A DNA stretch of 64,000 bases from Pseudomonadota bacterium (GTDB lineage Archaea > Thermoplasmatota > SW-10-69-26 > JACQPN01 > JAJPHT01), in assembly GCA_021325135.1 (NCBI GenBank), contig JAJPHT010000045.1, forward strand, positions 1 through 64,000, written 5' to 3'. Numbering within the stretch: position 1 is the first letter of the stretch; each line of letters begins with the position of its first letter. The notes beneath the pieces were generated by a model. The model was not told the origin of the DNA, made no database searches, and saw only the letters and a list, made by a program, of their open reading frames with translations. Positions 42,593 through 51,028 of this stretch are shown here, piece after piece. Both the position numbers and the translations under genes were made by a program.

Positions 42593-45586
42593 TTGAACCC
42601 GAGGCTCTGGTGGGCGCTGGGCGCCTTCGCCCTCGCCCTGGTCCTCCTGGCGCCCAGCCTCGCGCCGCTGCCGGCCAGCATGGACGAGTTCGCCAGCGAG
42701 CTCTCCAACGGCACGTTCCGCCCCTTCGGCCCGCCCGGGGGCAAGGGCCTCGTCGCGGGGCCCAACGCGCTGGGCGGGTTCACGGGCGCCTCCACGGGGA
42801 ACTACGTCGCGGGCGCAGGGGACGTCCCCAACGAGTGGGCGCTGGACCGCGAGAGCGGCGGCGGGGCCGTGGTCATCGACTACGTCTGCAACCCCAGCCC
42901 GGGCGCCATGAAGCGGCTGAAGGCCTTCGACCAGCTTGGGCCCGACGGCGCGACGCTGGAGGTGGCCGACAAGCGCCTGCGCCCCGTGGAGCCCGACAAG
43001 TCGCTCACCTACGACAGCCTCGTCGCGTGCAGCTTCCCCGTGCAGATCCATCCGGGCACGCCCGTGCCCATCTTCAGCGTCGCGCCCAAGGGGTTCGTCG
43101 TCTCCACGTGGAGCACCGATCCGCCCCTGGCGCGCCCGCTCTCGTTCCTCAAGGACGGCGCGGACACGTTCTACGTCCTGGGCAACGAGGAGAAGCGCGT
43201 CACGCTCAACCTCACCTTCCTCGTGGACAGCGGCTACTTCTCCTTCTCGCCTCCTCCGGGCGCCCGCGTCTCGGACTACGCGCGGGGCCTCGTGCCCGCG
43301 CTGCCCCCGGGGATCGCGGACGCGGCGAAGATCGTCATGGCGCGCGCGGGCGTCAAGGACCCGACGCTCGTGGGGCCCACGCTGGACGCGCTCAACGCCT
43401 ACTTCCGCTCCTTCACCGACGGCCCCATCCCCGGGCCCGACGAGGTGGACAGCCTCTACCTCGCCCTCGCGCTCTCGGGGCACGGCTGCTGCCGCCACCG
43501 CGCGTTCGCCTACATGGTCACGGCGCAGGCGGCGGGCATCCCCGCGCGCGTCGTCGTGAACGAGGCGCACGCGTTCCCCGAGGTCATGTTCCCCGACGGG
43601 AGCTGGCACCAGGTCAACCTGGGCGGCTGCGGCGCGTACACCGTCAACAACCCCAACAACTACCCCAGCCTCTTCGACGCCGCCGCCGAGCCGCGCCGCG
43701 AGGCGAACCCCGACGAGGGGCGCCCCCAGACGGCGGTCGCGACGTTCACCAACATCACCGAGGCGCCCCCGCGCATGGTCAAGGGCGAGGTCTACTTCGT
43801 GAACGGCACGGTGGAGGCCTCCAACGGGCGCCCGGTGGGCGGAGCGCCCGTCGACCTCTACCTCAACGCGACCAAGGCCACCAAGGGCAAGCTCATGACG
43901 TCGGGGCAGACCGACGCGTTCGGCCGCTTCAGCATCCAGTCGCGCGTGCCCGTGGACGTGGCGGCGCAGGGCTATCAATTGGTGGCCTCGGGCGGCACGG
44001 TGAGCGCGGGCCCCTTGCGCTACGAGGGGAGCTGGAGCGACCCCGCGGTGGACGTCTTCACGCCCACGCGCATCGTCCTGGCGCACGCCACCGCCGCGGC
44101 CGGCTTCCCCGCCAACGCCACGGGCCGCCTCGTGGACGTGGACGGGAACCCGGTGGGGCCCGCCACCATCCGGTGGTCCATCGGCTCGACGCAGGAGCGC
44201 GACCTCCAGGCCGACTCCACGGGCCTCTTCACCGCCGCGTTCCAGGCCAACGCCACGGGGAGCCTGGCGCTGTCGTTCTCCTACGACGGGGACGCGCACC
44301 ACGGCGCGTCGCAGGCGGACGAGGTGGTCGCGGTGACGCGCGGCACCATCCTCGCGCCCGCCAACGCGCCCATCCTCCTGCGCGGCGAGGTGGGGCTCGT
44401 GAGCGGGGACCTCGCCGTCTCGGGCGCCAGCCTCGCCGGGCGCCTCGTCACCGTCGCGCTCACCAACGCCACGCGCATTGTCGCCATCCCGCCGGCCCAG
44501 GCGACCACCGACGCCAGCGGCCACTTCGTCGCGCGCGTGCGCGTGCCCGCCAACGCGCTGCCCGGCGCCTACGCCGTGGACTACCGCGCGCCCGACCTCC
44601 AGGTGAACGCCACGGGCGTCGTGCGCGTCGCCATCCGCCCGGGCTTCGTCGTCGAGGCGCCCTCGCGCGTCGGGCCCACGGAGGGCTGGACCGCGACCGC
44701 CCAGGTCACCAGCGACGACGGCTCCGCGCTGGGCGGCGGCATCGTCGAGCTTCACGTCGACGGCAACGCGACGCCCCTCAAGACGCTCCTCACCAACGCG
44801 ACCGGCGTCGCGCGCTTCCAGGTGGAAGGCGGCGCGCTGCCTCCCGGGGACCACGCCATCACGCTGGCCTTCGCGGGCGACCGCGACCGCGCGCCCGCCG
44901 AGCAGACGGCCAACCTCCGCGTGCTGCCCCCCTTCTGGGCCCTCGTGCCCGCGTGGGTCTGGATCGCCCTCGGAAGCGCCGCGCTCGTGGGCGGCCTGGG
45001 CGCGTGGCTGCTGCGCCCCGGCGGCGTCGTGCGGAGGGTGGTCCTGCGCCCGCGCTGGCGGATCGACCTCTCGTGGCCCGACTTCCCGCCTGGCGTGGCG
45101 CCCGTCGCCGAGCCCGGCACCGCGGTGCGCGTCGTCGCCCAGGCCTTCGACGCGCAGGGGCGCCCGCGCAAGGCGCGCTTCGTCCTCGTGGCGCCCGGCG
45201 TCCGCCTGCGCTCGAAGGGCGAGTTCGAGCTTCGCGCGGGCGAGCCGGGCGTCCTGCCCCTGGAGGTGAAGGCCCGCGGCCGCGCGCGCTGGCTCGCCGC
45301 GCCCGCCCTCGCGCGCCTCCCCGTCGCGACCTACCGCGCCGCGGTGGAGCAGGGGTTCGTCGCGCTGCGCGGCGCGGCGAAGCTCGACGCCAGCGCGACG
45401 CCGGGCGACCTCGTCGACGCGCTCTCCCCCAAGCTGGAGCCCGCGCCGCGCGCGAGCCTCGCCGAGGCCGCGCGCCTCTTCGAGACGGCCGACTACAGCG
45501 AGGCGCCCGTGGACCGCGCGTTCTACCACGCCTTCGCCCAGGCGCGGCACGCCGTGGAGCGCGCGCTGGAGGGGGCCGATGGCTGA
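42593..45586 (+). CDS. Secreted transglutaminase-like domain protein with Ig-like repeats, TM and a cytoplasmic C-terminal domain
   Basis: GCCRHRA..Y......GIPARVV..EAHAFPEV.....W.QVN; in an operon with MoxR and DUF58. Confidence 0.85.
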   Translation: MNPRLWWALGAFALALVLLAPSLAPLPASMDEFASELSNGTFRPFGPPGGKGLVAGPNALGGFTGASTGNYVAGAGDVPNEWALDRESGGGAVVIDYVCNPSPGAMKRLKAFDQLGPDGATLEVADKRLRPVEPDKSLTYDSLVACSFPVQIHPGTPVPIFSVAPKGFVVSTWSTDPPLARPLSFLKDGADTFYVLGNEEKRVTLNLTFLVDSGYFSFSPPPGARVSDYARGLVPALPPGIADAAKIVMARAGVKDPTLVGPTLDALNAYFRSFTDGPIPGPDEVDSLYLALALSGHGCCRHRAFAYMVTAQAAGIPARVVVNEAHAFPEVMFPDGSWHQVNLGGCGAYTVNNPNNYPSLFDAAAEPRREANPDEGRPQTAVATFTNITEAPPRMVKGEVYFVNGTVEASNGRPVGGAPVDLYLNATKATKGKLMTSGQTDAFGRFSIQSRVPVDVAAQGYQLVASGGTVSAGPLRYEGSWSDPAVDVFTPTRIVLAHATAAAGFPANATGRLVDVDGNPVGPATIRWSIGSTQERDLQADSTGLFTAAFQANATGSLALSFSYDGDAHHGASQADEVVAVTRGTILAPANAPILLRGEVGLVSGDLAVSGASLAGRLVTVALTNATRIVAIPPAQATTDASGHFVARVRVPANALPGAYAVDYRAPDLQVNATGVVRVAIRPGFVVEAPSRVGPTEGWTATAQVTSDDGSALGGGIVELHVDGNATPLKTLLTNATGVARFQVEGGALPPGDHAITLAFAGDRDRAPAEQTANLRVLPPFWALVPAWVWIALGSAALVGGLGAWLLRPGGVVRRVVLRPRWRIDLSWPDFPPGVAPVAEPGTAVRVVAQAFDAQGRPRKARFVLVAPGVRLRSKGEFELRAGEPGVLPLEVKARGRARWLAAPALARLPVATYRAAVEQGFVALRGAAKLDASATPGDLVDALSPKLEPAPRASLAEAARLFETADYSEAPVDRAFYHAFAQARHAVERALEGADG

Positions 45587-46571
45587 GGAGGTGACGCCGG
45601 GCCCCACCGAGGCCGGCGCCTGGCTCGTGGCGGGCGTCGCGTTCGCCGTCGCGCTCCTGGTGTTCCGCTCCGCGACGATCCTGCCCGCGGGCCTCTTCGA
45701 CGGGTGCGCTGCCGCGCTGGTCGCCATGGGGGCGGCGCCTCTCGCGCACCGCCGCCTGGGCCCCGCCGCGGCGACGCTGCTGCGCGGCGCGGGCCTCGTC
45801 GCCGCCGCGCTCCTCGTGACCGCGAGCCTCGTGGCGCCCTGGGATCGCGCCGCGCCCCCCCTCGCCCTGCTGATCGCGGGCGCGACGCTCCTCCAGGCCG
45901 CGCGCGGGCGTCTCCTCGCTGGGGTGGGCCTCGCGACGCTGGCCGCCGGGCTCGCGCTGGGCTGGTGGCTCTCGGGCGACTTCCCCGAGAGCGGCCGCCT
46001 CCGCTTCGCCCTCGCGCTCACGGCCGCGGGCGCGGCGGGGCTCCTGGCGGCGCGGCGGAGCCTCGTCGCGCGCGGGCACGGCGCCATCGTGCCGGGCCCC
46101 GCCGGGCTCATCGCCGGCGCCGCCGTGGGCGCGACGTACCTCTCGTACCGCGGCCTCGTCGCCCTCCACGTCGGGAACCTGCCCCTCTACGAGTGGAGCC
46201 TGGGCGTCGCGCTCTCGCTGCTGCTGCTCGCGCGCATCCGCCGCGGCGCGCGCGAAGGCGAGGCGCCCGAGGCGTGGAGCAGCGAAGCGCGCCGGCACGC
46301 TCAAGACGCGACGCCCCTCTACGACGCGCGCATGGCCCCTCTGGCCGCGGTGCTCGCCCGTTACCTGGAGACGGGCGCCGGCTTCGAGGAGTACCGCGCG
46401 ACGCTGGAGGCCGCCGCGCCCGACGCCGCGCCGCGCCTGAAGGCCATCCTCGCCGCGCCGCACCCCGCGGAGGGCCGCTCCCGCGCGGCCCGCCGGGAGG
46501 CGGCCGCCCGCCGGCTGGCCGCCCACAAGGCCGCCCTTGAAGCCATCGAGACGCCGATCCGGAGCCGCTGA
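45579..46571 (+). CDS. Hypothetical membrane protein (MoxR operon)
   Basis: Multiple TM helices; overlaps the upstream stop. Confidence 0.7.
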   Translation: MAEEVTPGPTEAGAWLVAGVAFAVALLVFRSATILPAGLFDGCAAALVAMGAAPLAHRRLGPAAATLLRGAGLVAAALLVTASLVAPWDRAAPPLALLIAGATLLQAARGRLLAGVGLATLAAGLALGWWLSGDFPESGRLRFALALTAAGAAGLLAARRSLVARGHGAIVPGPAGLIAGAAVGATYLSYRGLVALHVGNLPLYEWSLGVALSLLLLARIRRGAREGEAPEAWSSEARRHAQDATPLYDARMAPLAAVLARYLETGAGFEEYRATLEAAAPDAAPRLKAILAAPHPAEGRSRAARREAAARRLAAHKAALEAIETPIRSR

Positions 46572-46572
46572 C

Positions 46573-47574
46573 ATGGACGCCCCCCAGCCCGCGTGTGCCC
46601 GCATCCTCGACGGCGTCGCCCAGACCTTCGTGGGCGACCGCCTCCTCCTGCGCAAGCTCCTCTCGGGCGCGCTCGCCAACGGGCACGTCCTCTTCGAGGA
46701 CCACCCCGGCCTCGGGAAGACGCTGCTGGTCAAGGCCTTCGCCCGCGCCATCGGCTGCGACAGCAAGCGCGTGCAGTTCACCCCGGACCTCCTCCCCGGT
46801 GATATCACCGGCACGCACGTCTGGAGCAGCCGCGACGAGCGCTTCCAGCTCGCCCGCGGCCCGGTCTTCACCAACGTGCTCCTCGCGGACGAGATCAACC
46901 GCGCGCCCCCCAAGACGCAGAGCGCGCTCCTGGAAGCCATGGAGGAGCGCCAGGTCACCATCGAGGGCGAGACGCACTTGCTCCCCTCCCCCTTCTTCGT
47001 CCTCGCCACGCAGAACCCGCTGGAGCAGGAGGGGACGTACCCGCTCCCCGAGGCGCAGCTGGACCGCTTCGTGCTGCGGCTCACCACGGGCTACCCCAAG
47101 GACGTGGAGAGCGAGACGGAGATCCTCCGCCGCCGCCTCGCGTGGAAGCGCGACGACCCCACCAAGGACCTCAAGCCCGTGGTGGACGCCGAGGGCTTCC
47201 GCCGCATGCAGGAGGAGGTGGAGGAGAAGGTCTACGTCCACCCCGCGCTCCTCGTCTACATCAGCCGCCTCGTGCGCGGCGTGCGTGAGCACCCCCACGT
47301 CGCGGCCGGGCCCAGCCCCCGCGGCGCTCTGGCGCTCCTTCGCCTCTCCCGAGCGCACGCCTACGTGCAGGGGCGCAACTTCGTGACGCCCGACGACGTG
47401 AAGATCTTCGTCGAGGACGCGCTCTCGCACCGCATCCTGCTGGACGTGGAGCGCGCGCTGGAGGGGCGCGAGGAGCGCGCCGTCGTGCGCGAGGTCCTGG
47501 ACAAGACCGAGGCGCCGCTGCGCTTCGGGAACCAGCCGCCGGAGGCCGCGCCGCCCAAGCGCGCGGGGGTCTGA
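46573..47574 (+). CDS. MoxR family AAA+ ATPase
   Basis: HVLFEDHPGLGKT, RVQFTPDLLPGDITG, LADEINRAPPKTQSALLEAMEE, ATQNPLEQEGTYPLPEAQLDRF. Confidence 0.97.
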   Translation: MDAPQPACARILDGVAQTFVGDRLLLRKLLSGALANGHVLFEDHPGLGKTLLVKAFARAIGCDSKRVQFTPDLLPGDITGTHVWSSRDERFQLARGPVFTNVLLADEINRAPPKTQSALLEAMEERQVTIEGETHLLPSPFFVLATQNPLEQEGTYPLPEAQLDRFVLRLTTGYPKDVESETEILRRRLAWKRDDPTKDLKPVVDAEGFRRMQEEVEEKVYVHPALLVYISRLVRGVREHPHVAAGPSPRGALALLRLSRAHAYVQGRNFVTPDDVKIFVEDALSHRILLDVERALEGREERAVVREVLDKTEAPLRFGNQPPEAAPPKRAGV

Positions 47575-47575
47575 G

Positions 47576-48880
47576 GTGGCCCGCCTCGCCCGCGCCGGCG
47601 CGGCCCTCGCCACCGCGGGGCTGGGCCTCCTGGGCCTGGGCATGGCCGTGGGCAACCTCGCCCTCCTCGCGCTCTCCGTCTTCCCGCTCTCCCTTCTCGC
47701 CTACTCCATCGCGACGCAGCCGCGCGGCGATCCCCTGGGCAGCCGCCAGCTCTCCACGCGCTCGCCCCGGCGCGGCGAGGCGGTGGAGATGGTCGTCCGC
47801 TCGCAGGCCTCCGAGGCGGGCGACGTCGTCGAGGTCCACGCGCCCATGCCCGAGTCCACCAGCATCGAGTGGGGCAGCAACCTCACGCTCCACCACGGGC
47901 CCGGCGCGCGCGGCGCCATCGTGCGCTTCCGTGTCCACGCCCGCGGCGCCGCCGCGCTGCCCCCGGTCGTCGCCGAGCGCATCGACGCCCTGGGCCTCCT
48001 CGCGCCGCGCTCCACGGAGATCGCGCCCGCCGAGACGCTGCGCGTGGCGCCCCGCGTCTACCCCTCCGAGGGCTTCCGCCGCCGCGGCGCGGGCGCGCTG
48101 CGCCTCCAGCAGGCGCGCCTGGGCGTCGGCAGCGCGGACTTCCGCGAGCTTCGCGACTACGCCTGGGGCGATCCCCCCAAGAGCATCCACTGGCGCGCGA
48201 CCGCGCGGCGCCTCTCCGCCTACGCGGGCCGCGGCGGCCCGGGCAGCACGCCGCTGGTCAAGGAGTACGACAAGGAGGGGCGCCGCAGCGCGCTGGTCCT
48301 CCTGGACGGCGGCGACGCGCTGCGCGTCGGCACCACGCTGGAGACGGGCCTGGACCACGGCGTGGAGGCCGCGCTGGCCGCGTGCCGCCTTTTGCTATCG
48401 CAGGGGATCCGCGTCGGCGCGGCCACCTATGGCGCGAAGGCCGGGCTGCCCGAGCCCCCCGAGGCGGGCGAGGGGCAGATGCCGCAGCTGGAGCGCGCGC
48501 TCTCCCCCGGCGAGCCCGACGCGGCCGCGACGCCCGTGCGCGCGCTCCAGCAGCTCCAGCCCCACCTCGTGGGCTCGCGCCCCGTGCTGGTCGTCGTGAC
48601 GCGCGTGACGCCCGCCACCGCGGCCCAGCTGGCGGAGACGGCGGGCCACCTGCGCGTCATGCTGCGCGAGAAGGGCCGGCGCCTGCCCCTGGTGGTCATC
48701 GACGTGCGCGCGCTCTCCCTCGTCCCCGAGCGCGGCGAGGCGTGGAGGGGTGCTACGCGCCTCGTGGAGCGCGAGGACGCGGCCGCCGCGAGGCGCGTTG
48801 CCGCCGCGGGCGCCCGCCTTGTCCCGTGGCGCCCCGGTGACGACCTGCACGCGCTCCTGGCCCGGGAGGGGATCGCGTGA
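47576..48880 (+). CDS. DUF58 (vWA-like) protein
   Basis: DFRELRDYAWGDPPKSIHWRATAR, LVKEY, LVLLD. Confidence 0.92.
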   Translation: MARLARAGAALATAGLGLLGLGMAVGNLALLALSVFPLSLLAYSIATQPRGDPLGSRQLSTRSPRRGEAVEMVVRSQASEAGDVVEVHAPMPESTSIEWGSNLTLHHGPGARGAIVRFRVHARGAAALPPVVAERIDALGLLAPRSTEIAPAETLRVAPRVYPSEGFRRRGAGALRLQQARLGVGSADFRELRDYAWGDPPKSIHWRATARRLSAYAGRGGPGSTPLVKEYDKEGRRSALVLLDGGDALRVGTTLETGLDHGVEAALAACRLLLSQGIRVGAATYGAKAGLPEPPEAGEGQMPQLERALSPGEPDAAATPVRALQQLQPHLVGSRPVLVVVTRVTPATAAQLAETAGHLRVMLREKGRRLPLVVIDVRALSLVPERGEAWRGATRLVEREDAAAARRVAAAGARLVPWRPGDDLHALLAREGIA

Positions 48881-49524
48881 GCGCCATGCGCCTCCTCGTG
48901 CGCGCGCCCTTCCTGGCGCTCCTCGCGCTGCTCCTCATGCTCCTGGGGCTGCGCTCCAGCCTGCTGCGCCTCGTGCCGCTGGACCTTGGGGCCTTCCCGC
49001 TCAACGCGCTCCTCTTCGCCGCGCTCGCGCTCCTGCTCCTCCCCGCGCTCCTCGCCCGCGGCTCGCCCCTTCCCCTCGCCACCGCCGTCGCCCTGCCCGT
49101 GGTCACGCTCTCGGCGTATGGCGAGAGCAAGCTCGACTGGCTGCGCACGCTCAAGGACTTCGGCGTCGCCGAGACGGGCGGCACCTCCTTCGCGCGCCTG
49201 GGCCTCGCGCTGGCGGTCCTCGTCCTCCTCTGGGCGCTCCACGCGACGGACTTCGCCGCGCGCCTGCGCTGGCGCGCCCTCTCGCGCGGCATCCCCGAGG
49301 AGCAGGCCAACGGCGCGGCCCTCGCCTCGCTGGCCCGCAGCGGCGCGGCCACCCTCTTCGCCCTCGCCGTCACGGCCCTCCTGGGCGCCGCCGTCTTCTG
49401 GAGCGCCGCGCTGGGCGACGTGCTGGGCCTCGCGGGGCTCGCGTTCGTGGTGCCGCTGGCGGCGACCGCGCTCGTGGGGATCGGCGGCTACGTCCTGGTG
49501 CGCGGGGCGCGCTCGTCCGAGTGA
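48877..49524 (+). CDS. Hypothetical membrane protein (MoxR operon)
   Basis: Multi-TM; GTGA coupling to the DUF58 gene. Confidence 0.7.
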   Translation: MSAMRLLVRAPFLALLALLLMLLGLRSSLLRLVPLDLGAFPLNALLFAALALLLLPALLARGSPLPLATAVALPVVTLSAYGESKLDWLRTLKDFGVAETGGTSFARLGLALAVLVLLWALHATDFAARLRWRALSRGIPEEQANGAALASLARSGAATLFALAVTALLGAAVFWSAALGDVLGLAGLAFVVPLAATALVGIGGYVLVRGARSSE

Positions 49525-49551
49525 TTCTCCCCCTGCTCGCCGGTCCCCGAT

Positions 49552-49602
49552 GCAACCCGAACCCACGAACCGCCGGACCACAGTCCCTACTTTGGTCCGG
49601 TG
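49552..49602. repeat. Partial copy (C) of the palindromic element
   Basis: 49552-49579 matches 23168-23195 at 26 of 28 positions; followed by a CCGGACCA/TGGTCCGG hairpin. Confidence 0.65.
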
Positions 49603-49614
49603 GAGAATGAAAGG

Positions 49615-50178
49615 TCAGCGGACCAAAGTCAAGAGATCAGCCTTCGAGACGATCCCGACGACCTTCCCCTTCTCCAGCACCAGGATGGCGTCTTGGTCCT
49701 CCAGGAGGCGGTACGCCTGCTCGACGCCCATCTCGGGCCCGGCCATGGGGAGCGGCGGCGCCATGAGGTCCTGCACGGGCGTCCGCGCGAGGGCGTCCGC
49801 GTCGGTGGCCTCCGAGAGCGCGTGCACGATGACGCGGTCCGACAGGCTGCCCACGGGGGAGCCCTTGGCGAGCACGGGGACCTGGCTGATGCCCTTCTCG
49901 CGCATGACGCGGATGGCGACGCTCACGGTGTCGGTGGCGCGCACGGTGGCGACGGGCCGCGTCATGACCTCGCCCAGGAGGATGCCCTTCCCTTCAGCGC
50001 GGTTGAGCGCCTCCAGGATCGCGTTGTAGGTGGAGCAGCGCGGGTCCACGGTGCCGTTCTCGATGCGCGCGATCAGGGGCTGCGAGACGCCGGCGGCCTT
50101 CGCGAGCTGCGCCTGCGTGAGGGCGAGCTTCTTGCGCAGCGCGCGCACCTCGGCCGGGTGCGGCATGTGGAGCGGCAT
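49615..50178 (-). CDS. XRE-HTH + CBS-pair transcriptional regulator
   Basis: LRKKLALTQAQLAKAAGVSQPLIARIENG.VDPR.ST; GISQVPV; GIVSKADLL. Confidence 0.92.
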   Translation of the reverse strand: MPLHMPHPAEVRALRKKLALTQAQLAKAAGVSQPLIARIENGTVDPRCSTYNAILEALNRAEGKGILLGEVMTRPVATVRATDTVSVAIRVMREKGISQVPVLAKGSPVGSLSDRVIVHALSEATDADALARTPVQDLMAPPLPMAGPEMGVEQAYRLLEDQDAILVLEKGKVVGIVSKADLLTLVR

Positions 50179-50269
50179 CGATCCCTGCATGAGAACCGGC
50201 ATTTGATAACCCTTGTGCATGCACGCCAGCCGGCCAAGGGCTTTTGCGGCCCCCTGGGGATGCGCCCGC

Positions 50270-51001
50270 GTGAGGCTGCTTCCCGCGCTCCTCGTCGCCA
50301 TCCTCTGCGCCGCTCCCGCCGCGCTGGCCGAGGACACGCTCACCTCCTTCGAGACGCCCCACCAGGGGAAGGACGCGCAGTGGACGTTCCTCGTGGAGGG
50401 GCGCGAGGCCTACAACGCCAGCGCGGTCGTGTTCCTCAACGCCGTGCGCAGCCCCTTCGAGATCATGGTCCGCGCCCAGAACGGCACGACGATGTTCGAC
50501 CAGAAGGGGGCGCGCGGCATCCAGACGCTGCCTCCGCTGGCGCCAGGCCGCTACACGGTCGTCGTCAAGGGGGACGGCACCTTCTCCATCACGCAGCGCT
50601 ACCTCGACGCCGCGGGGACCGCGGGCGGCGTCACCGACGTGAACGCCACGCTGGGCGCCACGCAGGGATGGGTCATCGTCCCCTCGCAGGCGTGGCGCGT
50701 GTTCGTCAACGGCAGCGTCTCCGTGGACTGGGACGACCTCGTCACGGCGGGCGGCTCCGCGAACCTTGAGCGCCTGGAGGCCCCGCTCAACCACACTATC
50801 CTCGCGGGGCGGCCCGCGTTCCTCCTGCTGCGCGGCGACCCCGGCTCGGCGTACTCCATCCACCTGGAGCCCGCGCCCGACCTCGCCGCCGCGGCGTCCG
50901 CGCCCCCGGCGGCCAAGACCCCGGGCCCCACGCTGGCGCTCGTCGCATGCGCGACGCTCCTCGCGCTGGCGCTGCGCCGTGGCCTCGGCCGCAGGCCTTA
51001 A
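50270..51001 (+). CDS. Secreted surface protein with a TPG-TM-basic anchor
   Basis: Signal ending AALA; C-terminal KTPGPTLALVACATLLALALRR. Confidence 0.75.
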   Translation: MRLLPALLVAILCAAPAALAEDTLTSFETPHQGKDAQWTFLVEGREAYNASAVVFLNAVRSPFEIMVRAQNGTTMFDQKGARGIQTLPPLAPGRYTVVVKGDGTFSITQRYLDAAGTAGGVTDVNATLGATQGWVIVPSQAWRVFVNGSVSVDWDDLVTAGGSANLERLEAPLNHTILAGRPAFLLLRGDPGSAYSIHLEPAPDLAAAASAPPAAKTPGPTLALVACATLLALALRRGLGRRP

Positions 51002-51028
51002 GGGCCACCGCCGGGCTGCCCACGCCTG

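Noticed and set aside
42557-46111. Very long alternative ORFs (e.g. 1184 aa here; 49994-53098; 33989-36718; 55779-58151)
   Set aside because: Antisense or off-frame shadows of clearly identified genes, with R/A/G/P-rich composition typical of high-GC DNA
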